Shown here: positions 13,229 through 27,500 of the stretch, in pieces
How positions within the stretch are numbered: the stretch's first letter is position 1
Layout of the letters: each line of letters opens with the position of its first letter
Source: Raillietiella orientalis
Taxonomy: Eukaryota
Length of the DNA stretch: 64,000 bases
Direction of reading: 5' to 3'
NCBI GenBank assembly: GCA_036172245.1
Contig: JAYWIR010000024.1
Location: 1,922,001-1,986,000, forward strand
Notes under the pieces: generated by a model
Databases searched by the model: none
Told to the model about the DNA's origin: nothing
What the model saw: only the letters and a program-made list of their open reading frames with translations
Position numbers and translations under genes: made by a program

Positions 13229-13410
13229 ACAGGTATTGATGATAAATTGTCGTCATTAAGCAAGGGTAAAATCGCTCTTGCAGCAATAGTAATACTCCTA
13301 GTGTTGCACACAGCAACTTCTAACAACTTTATTCATGGATTATATTCTATTTGTACAAACTGCTGCCTATCTATAAATACATTTTATCCTATGCAAAAAT
13401 CCCAATGATA

Positions 13411-15254
13411 CTAATGCAAGTAAGCATCTTCAATGACTTCTGCTCCATTACCATTAATATCACCATTGTTATTCTGCAGCTGCTCAGTTGCGTTCAGCAT
13501 GGGAACAGTTATGAAGTTCTGTCTGTCTGAATAAGGAGGAGGAGGACCCATGATTTCACTATATGAAGGAGGCAAATCAAGAAAGGATTGCAACACTGGT
13601 TCTGATCTAACAGTCTGTGGATGTGGGTTAGAACTCTGGCCTCGAAGAAAGTGAGCATGGAGTGCTAGAACTGCACTGGAGTAAGTTACAAACCGGTGAT
13701 TGCGGAAACTCCGAAATACAATGACCACTAATAAAATGCCGAACACACACAGAAACCCTGAAATTCATGTTACGTTCCTTAGATATGAACCAGATACTGA
13801 CCTATCAATATCATGGCTAGAGATATGCGACTTTCTTGGCTTAGCACATATGGAATATCAATGGTGAATACTGAAGGATCTAGAGACATGAATATGGAAG
13901 ATGTAAGCTATGTCTACCTGCATTGTTCTGCAAACAGCATGGTTGAAGATAGCGCACAGTGCAATTGGAATCACGCGACTGGTCACAGCACTCCTCAGTT
14001 GGGATACAGCGACCATTATCACAGGGCAATTTAAAGTGACATGGATCTGTCCCTTCAATTCTGCAGATACAGATGCCTTCTGAATAACAAGTTCTTACCA
14101 CATAAATAATTGGCTTCATCTGATCCATCAATACAGTCTATTCTTCCATCACAAACAAAACGCTGGAAGATGCAAGGGCCATCAGAGCACTGGAACCTCT
14201 CTCCACAGTTACCGCCTTCTGAAAACAAAGAGCATACAAAACATGGAATAAATAAATGTACATACTGAGCAATGTAACCATGCAACTTTTAACATATGTC
14301 TACTCTTCAAAAGAAATATGTATATTTACGGGGAATGATACGCAGAGTAACATTCTTGGACAATGACTTAGAAGCAACTGTAGCATCACAATGATAGATG
14401 CCTGCATCTTTCTTGAGAACTTCAGAAATCATAAGTTGCACCTCATTGTATGAATGCTTCACAACCAAATGTCTGCTACTAAAACACATTGAGTATAAAT
14501 ACAAGCAACTCAGGACATGAAGAATCTCTGCTTTAAGCTTCTTACTGATTACATTAATTCAGCATAGTTCTTTTAAGATTTCCTATCCTAACACTGAACT
14601 CACTTTATACCTGATCTACTTTATAGACACAGACCCATTAAACTGCATATACGCACAATGAGTAAACAAAATCAGTTTATGCTTGTAGATGACTTCACAC
14701 ATACAATAAGATTACAAAATATTAAATGGAAAATATCAGTGATTCTTTGTTGAACCATACATCATATATGTAAGGTATACTTCATCTTGGTAACAAAATG
14801 ACCGAAGACAATGCACATGTGTTTGTGAGCTGGTTCAAAACACATCACATGAATGCAAGGAAAACAAATATATTATAGATTTTTTTCACTTTTCATTTCG
14901 TATAATTTGCTTAAACTTTATGGAGGTGAGCATCTATTAAAGAGTGGACATAACAAAAACTTTAATGCAATTACTCTGCAGATATGGGTGCCATCCATTT
15001 CATTTCTGGATCATGATCAAAAGAATTGAGAAGTCGGCAAATCAATACTATATTACTCCCTGACTGTACAGTGATTACATCATTTGAACTTTCAGGTAGA
15101 ATTGTCAACATTATATCTGGGTGATCTGAAATCATAAATGGTAAATTCCGGCAATTCATTAAATTTGTTCAATACCTGGTGATTTGGAAATTGCTAGGCT
15201 CTTCATGAACCAAAACAAAAATGTGATCAAATACTCTACATTTGATTTGTCCAT
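13411..15254 (-). CDS. Type I membrane protein: putative signal peptide, Ig domain, LDL-receptor class A repeat, atypical LDLa-like repeat, TM helix, cytoplasmic PPxY motifs
   Basis: Inferred exons 15254-15176 ([26 protein letters not shown]), 15125-14975 and ~14478-14330 (Ig: LICR...KW...DAGIYHC), 14218-14099 (LDLa: [31 protein letters not shown]), ~14052-13918, 13879-13802 and 13757-13411 (TM spanning the last junction, [28 protein letters not shown] and PPPPY; TAG). Phases are compatible. The start codon is less certain. Confidence 0.8.
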
Positions 15255-18200
15255 GTATTTGATATTTTTTGCATTTTGTCAAAACATCAACAATATTGTC
15301 ATTACAGATTTTTGAGGCCTATGGCTTCTCTCAGTAAAGTCATGTTTGCACCTTGCTTTTCATTTTGCCATATTTTGCTGCTGCATGTTAATGAGCATCT
15401 TGGCAATGAAATCTAGTTGCAAAGGCGCATTCCATGATCACAAATAATGTCTAAATTTAAAAAGCCTCAAGTATTCGTGCTAAAACAATGTTCTCCATTG
15501 AAAACCATGATCATTTCAAATCTTCCATAAAACATCGACCAAACTCATAAATTGTGGTTAAGACAGTCATAAAACATCGATTGTTATTTACCTGCTAACA
15601 AACTCTGATGATTAAAAAATAACACCACTCATCTGGAGTTTAGAAACTGATTAGGCTTTTGAAACTACTACTTGACAGTGACCCATTGTATGGTTAGATT
15701 TCACGCGAGGAAAACTTGATCAGACAAACAGTGCAGGCATTCATTGCTGATTTTGAAATTACATGAATAAGTTTCGTTTCCTCTCACTGAGGCAGCTAAT
15801 TTTGCATTTCTACGTCCTCAATCATTATTAGCAAAAAAAAAAAAAACTACAAACGCTACAAAAAATGGATACCTGATTCATAACCTTTCCTATTCAGCAT
15901 GTGCATTCAAAAAAACTGCAAATCGAGTTTCCCTTTGCAACGCCAGTTTTCTGGCCGTACAACACGGATCGGAATCATGGACAGGCTGTACACGACTGAT
16001 ATACCTTGGTTGCAACTTGGCTTTGTTGCTCGGACTAAAATCTCGTAAGTGCTTTGTCCCCAGCGCCAGGGACACTATTTCTTCCATGAAAGCGGGGGGG
16101 AGGGAGGGATGGGGGAGGGAACCTTTCAGCATTTTTCTCTCTCTCGACCTGCAGATTTCCTTATTTCCAGCAGAGCTCGAAACACCGTGGAACACCACAT
16201 TTCACCACCTCCTTCACTTCACGTGCAAGAACAAGAGGAACACGTCCGTTCCCCCCCCCCCCCTCTCCCTCCCCCCTCCCGTTGCCAACCCAAGAGGCAC
16301 TCCTGTGATCCCAGATGACGTTTGCACTCCACATCCACAATCATTCAACCAGATGGGGGGGGGGGGAGGAAGGAAAAGAGCCTTCGCGAATACTGATGAT
16401 GATGAGAGCTTACGAGCACACACAGCTTCCCAACGTCCCCCTCTCCTCCTCCCAGCACAGACTAAGGGCACGCTCGTGGGAACACCACTGGGTGGATCCA
16501 GAAAGGCAGCCTCTCCTCGTGCTTACTCGGCTAGACGAGGGATGGAGACTGAAGCATTCCCGAAAGGAATGCAAACACCCAGCAGGAGTGGACCCGAAGT
16601 TTCAGACTCGCAGGGAGAGCCGCGGCCAAACGACACAGTGCAAACACTGGGGCAATCGACACTAACGACAAACAGACCGAGGGCAGGCTTTTTGACGATC
16701 TGCAATCACGTCGGACGCGTTTCCCAAGTTCAGCCGGACGAGCCAACTCCTCGGAAAGTCATGTGCAGTGGAGCTGTGCAATCTCGAGGTCATTTTCGCC
16801 AAGGGCAGCATGTGAGCCTTCCCGAAAGCTGCCGTACGGCACGATGTTCTTCAAAATTCGAATGCACCCAGCCTGTAACCGAAGCCACGTTGCATAACAT
16901 CTCTCCAGGAGATACAACGTGATGCAAGCCCGGAACCGAAATGGTAGGCGCCTTTTCGGACGGCAACAACGAAACCACACGGGGATGCCCCTGGGAAGTC
17001 AGGAGGATACGAACCACACGGTCCAGGTTTGCATGTGGCTTTAGATGAACGTCATCCCTCCAGGTTGGCGTCAGTTGGAATGAGCTTCCCCGTCTCCCCA
17101 CGGCTGTATTCTGACTGAAAAGTTCAGAATAAATAATAGAAAATAATGTTTCTCTCTCTCCCTCCCTCTCTCTGAGCAAAGCGCTGTGCCGTCCTCACAT
17201 CCGAACGAGATAAATTCATCACTCATTCCTATCAGCTACGTATCCATCCAAGAAAGTGCTGAATTCCAGTGAATTCGGAATAGTAGCAGTTCCTCGTTGG
17301 AAGAGCAAAACCTATCCTCTATTGGAAAATAATTCTTGCTTCCTAATTCTTACCTTTTTAATTTTCGAAATTAACAGTTCGAATAAGAAAACACAGTAAG
17401 CTACCAAGGAATGGAAAAAAACAAAAAAAAAACAAAAAAACAAAAGCACTCCACTAGACAGCGGACGACTCGAATTTTTAATAAAGGATCTGTGTGACTT
17501 GAGACGTGGCAAACACTTTACACAAACAAAACAAAAAATGAACCACAAGTAGAATCGTTCATTAAACTCCTGAGGGAGGGAGGGAGGGGAGTTCAAAAAA
17601 AGGATGTGCACGTTAATTCAGAAATAAATTTGGGAAGACACACACACACAAAAAGAAAAAAGAAAAGGAAAAAAAAGAAAAAGAGAAAACACTGGCAAGC
17701 TTGGAACTCATCCGTTTTTGTTCGAATATCGTCTTCGGAAACCGTGATGAGCTTTTTCCACGCGCATTTCTATGACCTTCAACGTCCCAGCACTGCTAAC
17801 GGGTAATTCAAGTATGCATTCAATAAATTAATTCGGGTCCTTTCGATAACCCACCCCTGGCTAAGAGCATGCAACGCTGGAAAGCAACCTAGGCAATGTA
17901 CAAAAAACGCACGGGCCAACAACAGTGTTGCTTAGCATCGAGGGAACTTTTTCTTTGCTCTCCTAAATGGGGAAACCAGCTCAGCAGCTTTTTCCTTTTT
18001 GAGGAGCTATTCATGAGCAAATCACTGCACAAAAACCGTGCGAGGAAGGTATTTGTGATCCCGAGAGCATGCATTTTCGATTCCCAGAGCAAGCGGGGCC
18101 TGTGAAGCATGAATGCTTGTGTGAAATGTCGAGGGTAAACGAAATTCATGGATTCAAAATTTTAATGAGTTCTGAAGATCATCATCTGGCTCATTTTCGA

Positions 18201-21200
18201 ATGACCGCTACGTTCCGCTGCAAGGAATTGCGTCAGCGCGCTCCGAAGAAAGTCCGAATTCGTTTAAAAAATTCACGGGGGGGATGCAAGCAAAAGTTTT
18301 CTCGGGATGCTCAAGCAGGAGGCATCCTGGACGGCCTCGCAACCATGACAGTCGTCACTTTTTCTCCCTGCCGTGGGGCAATCCGTACGTGTACCGACTG
18401 CTGATACGTAGTTAATACACCTCCGTGTGTGCACACGGTAATGCAAACACAGATTCCTGCGGAGACGGTGTACCAGCACGCGAACAAGAGCTTCGAGGAA
18501 GCCTTTTGCCCTCCCTTTCCCACAGCTCTCCCCTGTGGAGGCTGAGCTCCCGTCTCGTGGCGGCCCGAGCTCCAAGAGCAGCCGACTCCGCAAGTCCGAA
18601 GGTGCCACTGCTTCCTCGTCGATGGCGAGGCTGCTGATCTGAACAAGCACGAGGAGCACTCATCGCAACGAACCGGAAGTGCATCCCTGTGCCCTCGACG
18701 GATGGGAGAACGGATGAGAGCCGGAGAGGAACCGCCGCTCCGGAAAGGTCTCGGACCCCGGGAAACGAAGAGCGAACTTGAACGCACGAGCCTTTTCGTC
18801 CCAATTCGCCGCGGGTCCCTCCTCGCAGCGCGACCGCTTGATGCGAGGAGGTCGCTCGCGCGGTCCGACCGACCCGCCTGCTGCCGCCTCCTTCGCCCGC
18901 GACCCGGACGTTGCAGTATCGGAGAGCCCCAGCCCGCTGCCCTTCCGCGCGCTCCGAACGAACGTGAGCGCTCCCCGCGGCATTCCACTTCAACCTCCTT
19001 CTGGTGCCCGGCCCCGCATGCCTTCTTCCTGCCCCAACCTTCCATCTCTTCTCTCCCCTCTTCCTACTCGCCCCACTTCGCTCGCTCCCTCCCCTCCTCG
19101 TTCCAAGCCCCTTCCCCTCCCCCCCCGCTCCCCTTGCTCCTTTTTTCTACTACCCTCTTCCCTTTTCTTTACCCTCCATTTCACTCTTACAACTCTCTCT
19201 CTCTACCCCGCCCATCCCCTTGAGCTTCGCCCCCTCTCCTGGAAGTGGGGATCTGTGAAGCAGAGGAGTCTGACGTGAGCGCGGCAACCCCTGCTAGAGC
19301 TTCCCGACCCGGAAACACTCACGGCCCAGGAGATGTCTCGCCTTACCAGGTGTGAACAAATCACGGAGCAGCGTAGGGGTCCGTGCACGCGCGCGGCGTC
19401 CCGCGTTGTAACGGGCTCCCCCGGAGAGCGGCAGCTTGCGGGACAGTCTCCTTGTACGCCTCCGGGGCGTCTCTCCCCGCAGCGAGAGTGAGAGAGAGAT
19501 GCGCGCGCGCATCTTCCTTCCCCCTTCCCCTCCCCGAGCGACGCTCTCTTCCAGGACTCTCGAGGGTGACCGCTGCGCGTGCTCCTTTCCCCCTTCCCCA
19601 GCCTGTCCGGAAAGGCTCTGCGATCTCCACGTTCGGTATGGCGTGAAACCAGAACCCGAGAGACAACCCGGGAATGCTCCCGGGACCGGGACGCCTTCCG
19701 GGAGTGGCTGGAGGGTCTCAGACGCGTTTCCGGGAGAGAGGCGATGGGATCGTTCGCCCGCCGCTTCAGAGATGGCGCGGTTGTTGGTCAGTTGCGAGGC
19801 TGCATCTCGAGCCGCCCCCGCCGCTGTCCAAGAAGAGAGGCAATTAAGAGGACTTCCCTTCCTTCCATCCCCATCCATCCTCCCCTTCCTCATCCCAGGA
19901 AGCTTCTTCGGAAGCCATCGCCATCAGAAGACAGGCCCGTAGGGGTTCGGCGAGCCGTATTCTTGTGATTTCTCCTCCTTACCGCTTACCCCTCTCTTGC
20001 CGGATCTGCACTTTTTCCATCCTCACCCCTCACCTTTTCCTTTCTTTCTTTTTGTTTTTTCGGGGAAAGGGAGGGGGATCCAGGAGAGACCCTTTGGTTC
20101 TCCTCTTTTCAAGGTTTGCTTGCTGAGGGTTGCGGGGTTCAAGGATCAAGGATTCCTCCTCCACCACCATCCTTCCCCTTTCCTTTCCTTCTTGCATTCG
20201 CTCAGCGTCGCCCTCTTTCGATATGTGCTCGTGAAGATCGAAGAGCGCGCGTTCCTCCCCCCGTTGTCGCTATGGCATCCGGACCCTCGTCTGCCGTCCA
20301 TCCCTCCCCGAGGGGGAGCCGACGCGCAAGAGCGCTCAGTCCCCGGAGAGGATGAGGAAACCCCGTCGCACTCCTCGCCCAACAGGCCACTGCCGTCCAC
20401 CCCCAGGTGGTCGAACTCATCCGGTCGCCCCTCACCTCCCCCCGTCATCCAAACACGCGAAGGTCGCGTCCACGGCGCAGATCTCAACACCCTCCATCCC
20501 TGGTAGACACCTCGAACGGGCTGCTCCCCACGGTTGCGTGCCTCCCTCGCCTGCGGGTTTCCTCCGTCGTGGCCCGACTCGAGAGGTAGACAGTATCCTT
20601 CCTCGAACATCCTCCGACAGATTCCAGCGGTCGCCTGGGGAAAGCGCGTGGTTTCGCGGACACCGGTTTCCCCGCAAGGGGGTGGGGGTCAAGAAACTGA
20701 CAGTGTCCAACTTTCCCCAGACCGGGGAGCAGCTTACCCGGTCCTCCCGCTCTCACTCGATCCCCACCTTTTTCTTTCTTTTCTTTCGGGGGAAAGGGAG
20801 CGGAGCCTTCGGTTCCCCTCTTTGCCCGCCGCCGTTCCCCCGTTTCACCTACCACCACCACCGCCGCCGCCGCCGCCACTGCTCGCTCCTGCCGCCCTGC
20901 GCCGCTCCCGGGATCCGCGCGCTCCTCCATCGCTTCCGTCCGTCGAAGCGGATTTATCGAGCCGTCCGCTGCGGCTGTTCTCGGGAACGCGTCCGCTCGA
21001 AACGGACGGCTATTTTTAGGCGGCGTGCGGGAGCTTCCCCGGAAACCCGCCTGGCGGCTCCGGCGCTGCTGCTTCCCTCGCGTTCCCGCGAAGTGGCCGC
21101 ACGAGAAGAGGAGCAGACGCACAGCATCCGTTTTCATCCGCCGGAGAAAACTGCATCCACGCACATGGTCTCCCGGTCGATAGCGTCGGATTCTTCCGGG

Positions 21201-21506
21201 ACGCGGACGCCTCCTGATTGGGCAGCCTCCGCTCTTTCTCCCCCCCCCCTCCTCCCTCCCTTCCCCCCTTCTTGCTCCTTCCTTCCTTCCTCCCCAGTGT
21301 TGCAATGGCTTCACGGAAACATCGCCGCTCCTCCGCCGCTCCGCGCGTCCCGGACTGCGAAGAAAGCTTCCCCGTACACTCTCCTCCCGTGACACGCGGC
21401 GCCGTTACGGAGCGGTGGTGGTGGTGGTAATACCGATTATGCGTCACTGCTGGCGGTCAACGACACTTCGTCTGCGCGGGCTGTTCGTCGCTGGGATGCT
21501 GTAATC

Positions 21507-24500
21507 ATGCTTCCGGGAATCTTCGAGAGTCGTGTCCTGGTTCTCCTCTCCTGCTGCTTGCTCGTCCGACCAGGTCAGTGTGGGTCACGCTCGCGTGCAC
21601 GCGTGTGGGCGCTCCAGGCACGGGGCGCCGCAGGGCGAACGGGGAGCATGCGCGTCCGAACTTGCAGCAAGTGAGGTTGCCTTGGGAACCTCCCTCGCAA
21701 GCTCTCATTTGGGAAACGATCTGTTTATTTATTTATTAGCCCCCAACCCCTTTAGTTTGTTCCGAACTATGTCTTCCATTTTTTTTTTGGCTCTTCCTCC
21801 CCTTCTCCAGTTCGTTGGGGCGGCGTGCGTTCCCGTACCTGATATCGAAGGAGCAGCCAGCCGGAGGCGATGTGCATCTTGGCTGTGAACGCAGGGCCGT
21901 TGCGAAAACATACGTTCTACGTGTGTTTGGAAGTGGTGATCGAGGCGTACGCATGGAGGATTTGCCCTCCGCGCTGCTCTTTCTACAAGTGTACGCTCGA
22001 GGGCATTCCATTTCCACGATCCAGCACTTGGCATAATCACGCTGGTGACCCGCTCCGTGCCGTGCACGCACGCTAAAACTGGTCACTGGGCATCGATGCT
22101 GCTGTTGCGTAGACGACGGCTGAATGGCAACCGCCGCCATGCGACCCTCCACTCGGAAGTCCTTCGGACTGTCCCCATCGGAGGGAGCTGCTCGTTTACT
22201 TCTGGAGCGGCGAGCGATGCGAGTATTTTTCGTCCGAGGTACGGTGCAGCGGCGGTTGCACGCGCGGAGGAAGCGTGCAGCTGAGCGTGGGGGCTGGGTG
22301 GCCCAGACGTGCAACGGCGAACCAGCGCGATGGCCGTTTCCCGGAAATGCGGGCGTCGTTGCTTTTGTTGTTTTGACCCACTTCCACCTCTTACGCGGCG
22401 GCTGGAGGATCAGTGGGTATTTAATAGTCGGCGACGCGTGTGTGCGCGCATCGGCTGACCCGAAATCGGGAAAAAGGAAGAAAGGCAAAGACGCACATAA
22501 CACCTCCTGCGCAGAATGTTCCCGTCCAGTGCCCCTATTTTCCGTGCATACTTCAAGCGTGGGTTCATGTACCCGGATACATCCGAGCTTATCCTCGTTG
22601 GACGGCACGGCTCTCGAGATACCGCACCAGGTCTTCCTGGTGCCTGCACTCTGCCCTCAGGAAGGGTTCGACGAGGATGGAGCAACCCACGCAGTCCCCG
22701 GAGGTGCTCTCGGGCGGTGATGGAAGGCTTCCGTGGAAGAAGCACTGCGCGGTTTGGGCTAATCCGGAGGACCTCTGCTTCATCTCGCCCTGCGTGAGGA
22801 GCATTTCGAGGCTCTTTCCTAGAAGAGGTGTCGTGTGTGCACGGGTCCCAATGAGGAGGGATCGCGTCGGTCATTGCCCTGTCGTAGGATTACTGATGAA
22901 AACAATAGAAAAGGATGCCTATTCCTCCCTACTACAGCCGAGGTTGCGATCGCCTTCCACCTGCTGACGGGGGCAGAGGGTGTTGGAAGTTTCCAAGCGC
23001 CCGAACGACCTTCTTGGAAGCAAGCTCCTCTCCTCTTCGGATTTCTTGCTCCTCCAGCTTCCGTGGACGCATCTCCGACGACCGCGATGGGCGCATGACC
23101 TCCCAAGCCCATCCTTTTTTCCTCGCAACTCCACGGAGCCACACAGGAACCACAAGGCTCTAGCTGCTCCACCACGACCTCTGAGGTGGAGAATCCGTTC
23201 CGTCTCCATCATTTCATGTCTCTGAGGGGCACTCCAGATGTCTTGCCCCCAGTTCCGACTTCGTGCGTCCCTGACCTGTGCCGGCAGGTGGCGTCTGCTG
23301 CGTTGTTGCCGTCATTTTCTCCACAAGGAAGCGTCTGAGGTTCCACTTTTGGTGTTGCCGGCAGCCTCATTCGATGGAATTAAGCGATCATCGCGATTCT
23401 TTGCACGCACCCGATCTCCTGGGAGACCCTTTGCTCTCCGAAAAGGAATCCGGTACCTATCCCAGAGTATTCTGTGGCAATTTACTAGCAGCAGGGGGTT
23501 CTTCCGGGATGGAAAGGGAAAGAAAAGCGTCGTAGTCGCAGATGAGATGCTGCGCCTGACGCTTGGACCTTAAGAGCACGTGTAACAAAAAAAAAAAGAA
23601 AGAAAGAAAAAGAAATCTAAGCACTAGAAACGACGAACGACTCAAGAAACTCAAGACTTCAGGAACAGCTGGAGCAAAAGCTCTCAAACCGTCTTTAGGG
23701 ACGTGCCGCTGCAGTCAACACTTCTGTCTTCCCCCTTCCCTATGCTTCCCCTTTGGACCATTCGTCTGCGCCTCGGGACTGGATTGCTGGGCAGCCCGTT
23801 CTATCCTCTGCTTCGTCAAAAACCACCTTTGCGGAGAGACGATAGCCACTCTTCTTTCTCTCCCGAGGGCTTCCGCCTGCAAGAAAGTGGTCGACTCCCT
23901 GCCTTCGCGCTGGAAATCTCATGGCTGTCTTCTTGTCCCACAGAAAAAAAAAAAAAAAAAAAAAAAAAAGGATGCCTTTCCGATAAGTCCGTGATCAGAA
24001 GCGGAGTTCCGGATCAAAGCAAAACCGGCGCGAATCTGACCTCCCAGGTGTTTGGTGCACGAAAAACTTACCTTCCTTCGTCTCCTCCTCCTCCTTTGTT
24101 TGTCTTTCCTTTGCTGAAACCATCGCGCCCTCGGTCAAGCTTACTCCGTAAGATAAGGGATGCTCCGTAAGTTACTCCGTAAGTTCATATAACGGAGGGC
24201 GGTGATGGGAGGTGGCATTCCCGGAAAGATCCGGCGTGTAGGGAAAGACGCCGTCGGTCCCCAGCTGTCGGCCGCTTACAAGCTCCGGAGGAGCCGATGG
24301 TGCTCGGCATCTCGAGGAAATCGTTGGGCGGTCGTAGGTCGTCTCCGAGCTGCCATTAGGACACTTCCGAGGGCGTGGTCCCCTCCTCTTCCGGTGTTCC
24401 TCAGAAGTGACGCAGAGCTCCTCCCGCGGGCTTTGCTTTCTCAGGGAGCTGCTGCTGTAGCGCTCCCCTCTCCCGAGTCTGCCGATTTCCGGATCTGAGG

Positions 24501-27500
24501 AACGCTGCCTGGCGCCTCCTTCATCTCCTCCTGATACTCTTTCGGCAAGTCCGGGAGTACCGAACGGCCACGGTACCTGCTCCATTGCGGTACCGTCGGC
24601 GTGGAAGGTTTCGAGGGTGATCTGGAGGCTTCTGATCTGCCGCTACGAGGAACGTTCCCCAGGAAACGCCGGCCGACAGCTGGCGTCTCCTCTGCATACC
24701 CCCCCTCTGGCTGGATTCTGCCATGTCGCAGCCTCATGGAATCGTTACGGTGCGTTTCCGTGAAAGCGGGGTTCTCCGCGCGGAATGCCCGAGAGCGAAG
24801 GTATGCTGCCAATTTCATGGAGGAAACGGGGAAGGCCTCTTTGAGGGAGAAAGGGGATCGCTGCTGAATGAACGGGCACAAGAAGGTCGAGGAGCGCCCT
24901 TCAGACTGGGTATTGGTAGTCGTTCCCTGACCACCCAAGACCCCATCTTCCTCTTCCTCGCTCGTTGTTCTCTTCAGACCCTTCGCAGCGCAAGGTCGTT
25001 CCCATTGCCTCTCTTCTTCCGACGGGTTCCCCTGCCAAGGTCGTGCATCAAGGCTTCTCGATCCTTGTGGCTCGCGCTACCGCGCACAAGAGATCAGCGT
25101 GCTCGCCCTTCCTCCTCTGCCCCGCGCATCACCATCACCTCCTACCTTGAAGGGAGTATCATCGGGGAGCGACGAGCAGCCAGTCACGCGAGAAAGGAGC
25201 TACCGGTGATCCGACAGCAGCAAGTCGGAACGGGCACTCCCTCCCTCTCCAGAAGCCAGGAGCATGCTTCCTCCACCTTCTCCCGCCTCTCTTGTCCTCT
25301 GCGGCTAACTGCTCTGGGGTCTTTCAGGCATCTGCTCAGAGGACGAGGAGCGGCTGGTGCGGGACCTCTTCCGGGGCTACAACAAGCTGATCCGCCCTGT
25401 TAAGAACCTCACCGAGAAAGTGCACGTGCAGCTGGGCCTGGCTTTCGTACAACTCATCAACGTGGTAAGTCCATCTCCCCTCAGTCACCTGGAAAGGGTC
25501 GAAGAGTCCCCTTTGAGTGGACCATCCTGGAGAGGTACGCGGCCTCCCGGGAGAAGGCAAACCCTACGCAACTCCGAAAGAAGGCAGGAGCTCCTCCCAG
25601 ACTATGCCGCCTGGGAGGAGCTCAGCAGAGGCACGAGGGCGTAGAGAAGAGATTATCTTCTGTCCGTTTCCTCAGCGTATCCTCCGCAGACGAGAGACTT
25701 TCCCTCCATCCCGCGGCTCACTACCTCACAGCCTCGTCCATTCCTCATCCCCTCCGACATGCCCCCCCTCCCCTCCCCACCTTCATCCGTCCACCACACG
25801 GCCTCACCCAATATCCCACTCCGGGTCATGGCCATTTGTTGGGATTTCGTTTTCACAGACGCCACATCGGCTCGATCCTCTTCAACCTGGACTCAGATAC
25901 CTGAGCAGTGCAAAGACTTCGAAACGCTTCGCCCCCATTAGCGGTCGTAGCACGCTACCAGCATCCAACTGCGACGGAGCATCCGATAGAGGCCCAAGCA
26001 GTCTGATCTTCTCAGTGGATAAGAAAGGAGCACCTGACGCTGATCGGGAAAAGGGAGGGAGAGGAAAGGGTGTTCCTCGGCAGCTTGATGTTTCTTTTTC
26101 TTTTGTTTCCTTCTTCTTCGTTAAGCACTGGTGGTCGGCACCTTCCTCGTGCTCTAAGGGCTCGTTCTCCGGTGTCTGCTGACGGCACCTCCAAGGACCT
26201 CATCTTATGAGGTGCCAAATCGAAGGACAGGATCTTAAGAGGACACCAAGGTTACAGGATGTTCCGCTCCCCCCCTTCTCTCTCTCTCTCTCTCAGTCTT
26301 CGGTCCTGCTCTTGGGTGCATTCAGCCAAGAAACTCACAGAGTGAAGAGGATCTCTTTTGCAAACATTCTTGCTCACGAGATCGATGTCTCACCCTCCAT
26401 CACTGCTCTCTGAGGCCCACCATTTCTCATTCCTTTTTCCTTCTGCCCTACCCGAATCCCCATGATCCCACGTGGGGTCTCCCGGGAGGTCCGAACTGAT
26501 GCAAGCAGGAGGAAGGCTCGATCGTCGGACGTCGGGAAACCATCCCCAGCCAGCGATCTTGCCATCTCTCGCGATCGCTTGCAGATATCTATCGCGGAAA
26601 ACGGGACGGTTGCATTCAGCGAAGTCTCCGCTGCCATGCCTCTCCCTAGCTTGATCTTCGGAGTCTTCCGGAAGAGACGACTCACTGACCGCCTTTTCTC
26701 CTTTCAGAACGAGAAGACACAGATCATGAAATCCAACGTGTGGCTGCGTCTGGTGAGTGCAGCGCACCGGCATGCTGTGTTGTTCTTGTCGTCCTCTGTT
26801 GTTTTCCGCAACGAAGGGCTTCGGTTGAAGGGTTCTCTTGTGACGCCCGTGCACTGCCGCTCCCAGCCGAACCCATCCACCCTTTTGTGGAACCTTCGGA
26901 CAGGGCATGCTTCCTGGATGGTGCACACTCTTGATAAACATCAGCACAACACTAAACAAACGGCCTTGCAATCCGGTAGACATCCGAACACCCAGTTCGC
27001 GAACGTTCTCCAAGGATTAAGGTGCACGTCCAAGGATTGAAAGGAGTCCTTTTACACGCGATTGTCCTGCACGCGCGCCCCGGAAAACGGCAATTCCCTG
27101 GCTGAAACAATACCGTGGCTAACAATCGGGTCCATAACAACCTGCGTTGTTAGGAAACCCGCTTCGCCACCGAGATCCATGGAAACCTGACGGCCAACTT
27201 GGAAGGGAGGGCTGCCCGCACGCCGTCGCATCCTTAAATTTTATCGAATTTTGCCTCGGAACTCCTTTCGGAGAAGCGTCGGAGCCACAGATGCCTCCCT
27301 CCTCATCCTCCTCATCCTCTTCCTTTCATGCGGTTCGAAATTCCGACGCCATTTTCCCGACGGGACTCGACGGAGAAAACGGGAGAAATTCTTCGCCGTA
27401 GCAAAAATCGCAGCTCCCTAGATACGGCAGAAAATAAATCTCCCTGTTTTCAACGTTTCCCACTCTTCCCGCTCGCTCCCCAGTTTCCTAGGGACGAGAG

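Noticed and set aside
16017..21447. Long overlapping ORFs (up to 346 aa) upstream of nAChR
   Set aside because: Pro/Arg/Ser-rich products of GC-rich, stop-poor sequence on both strands, with no domain signal.
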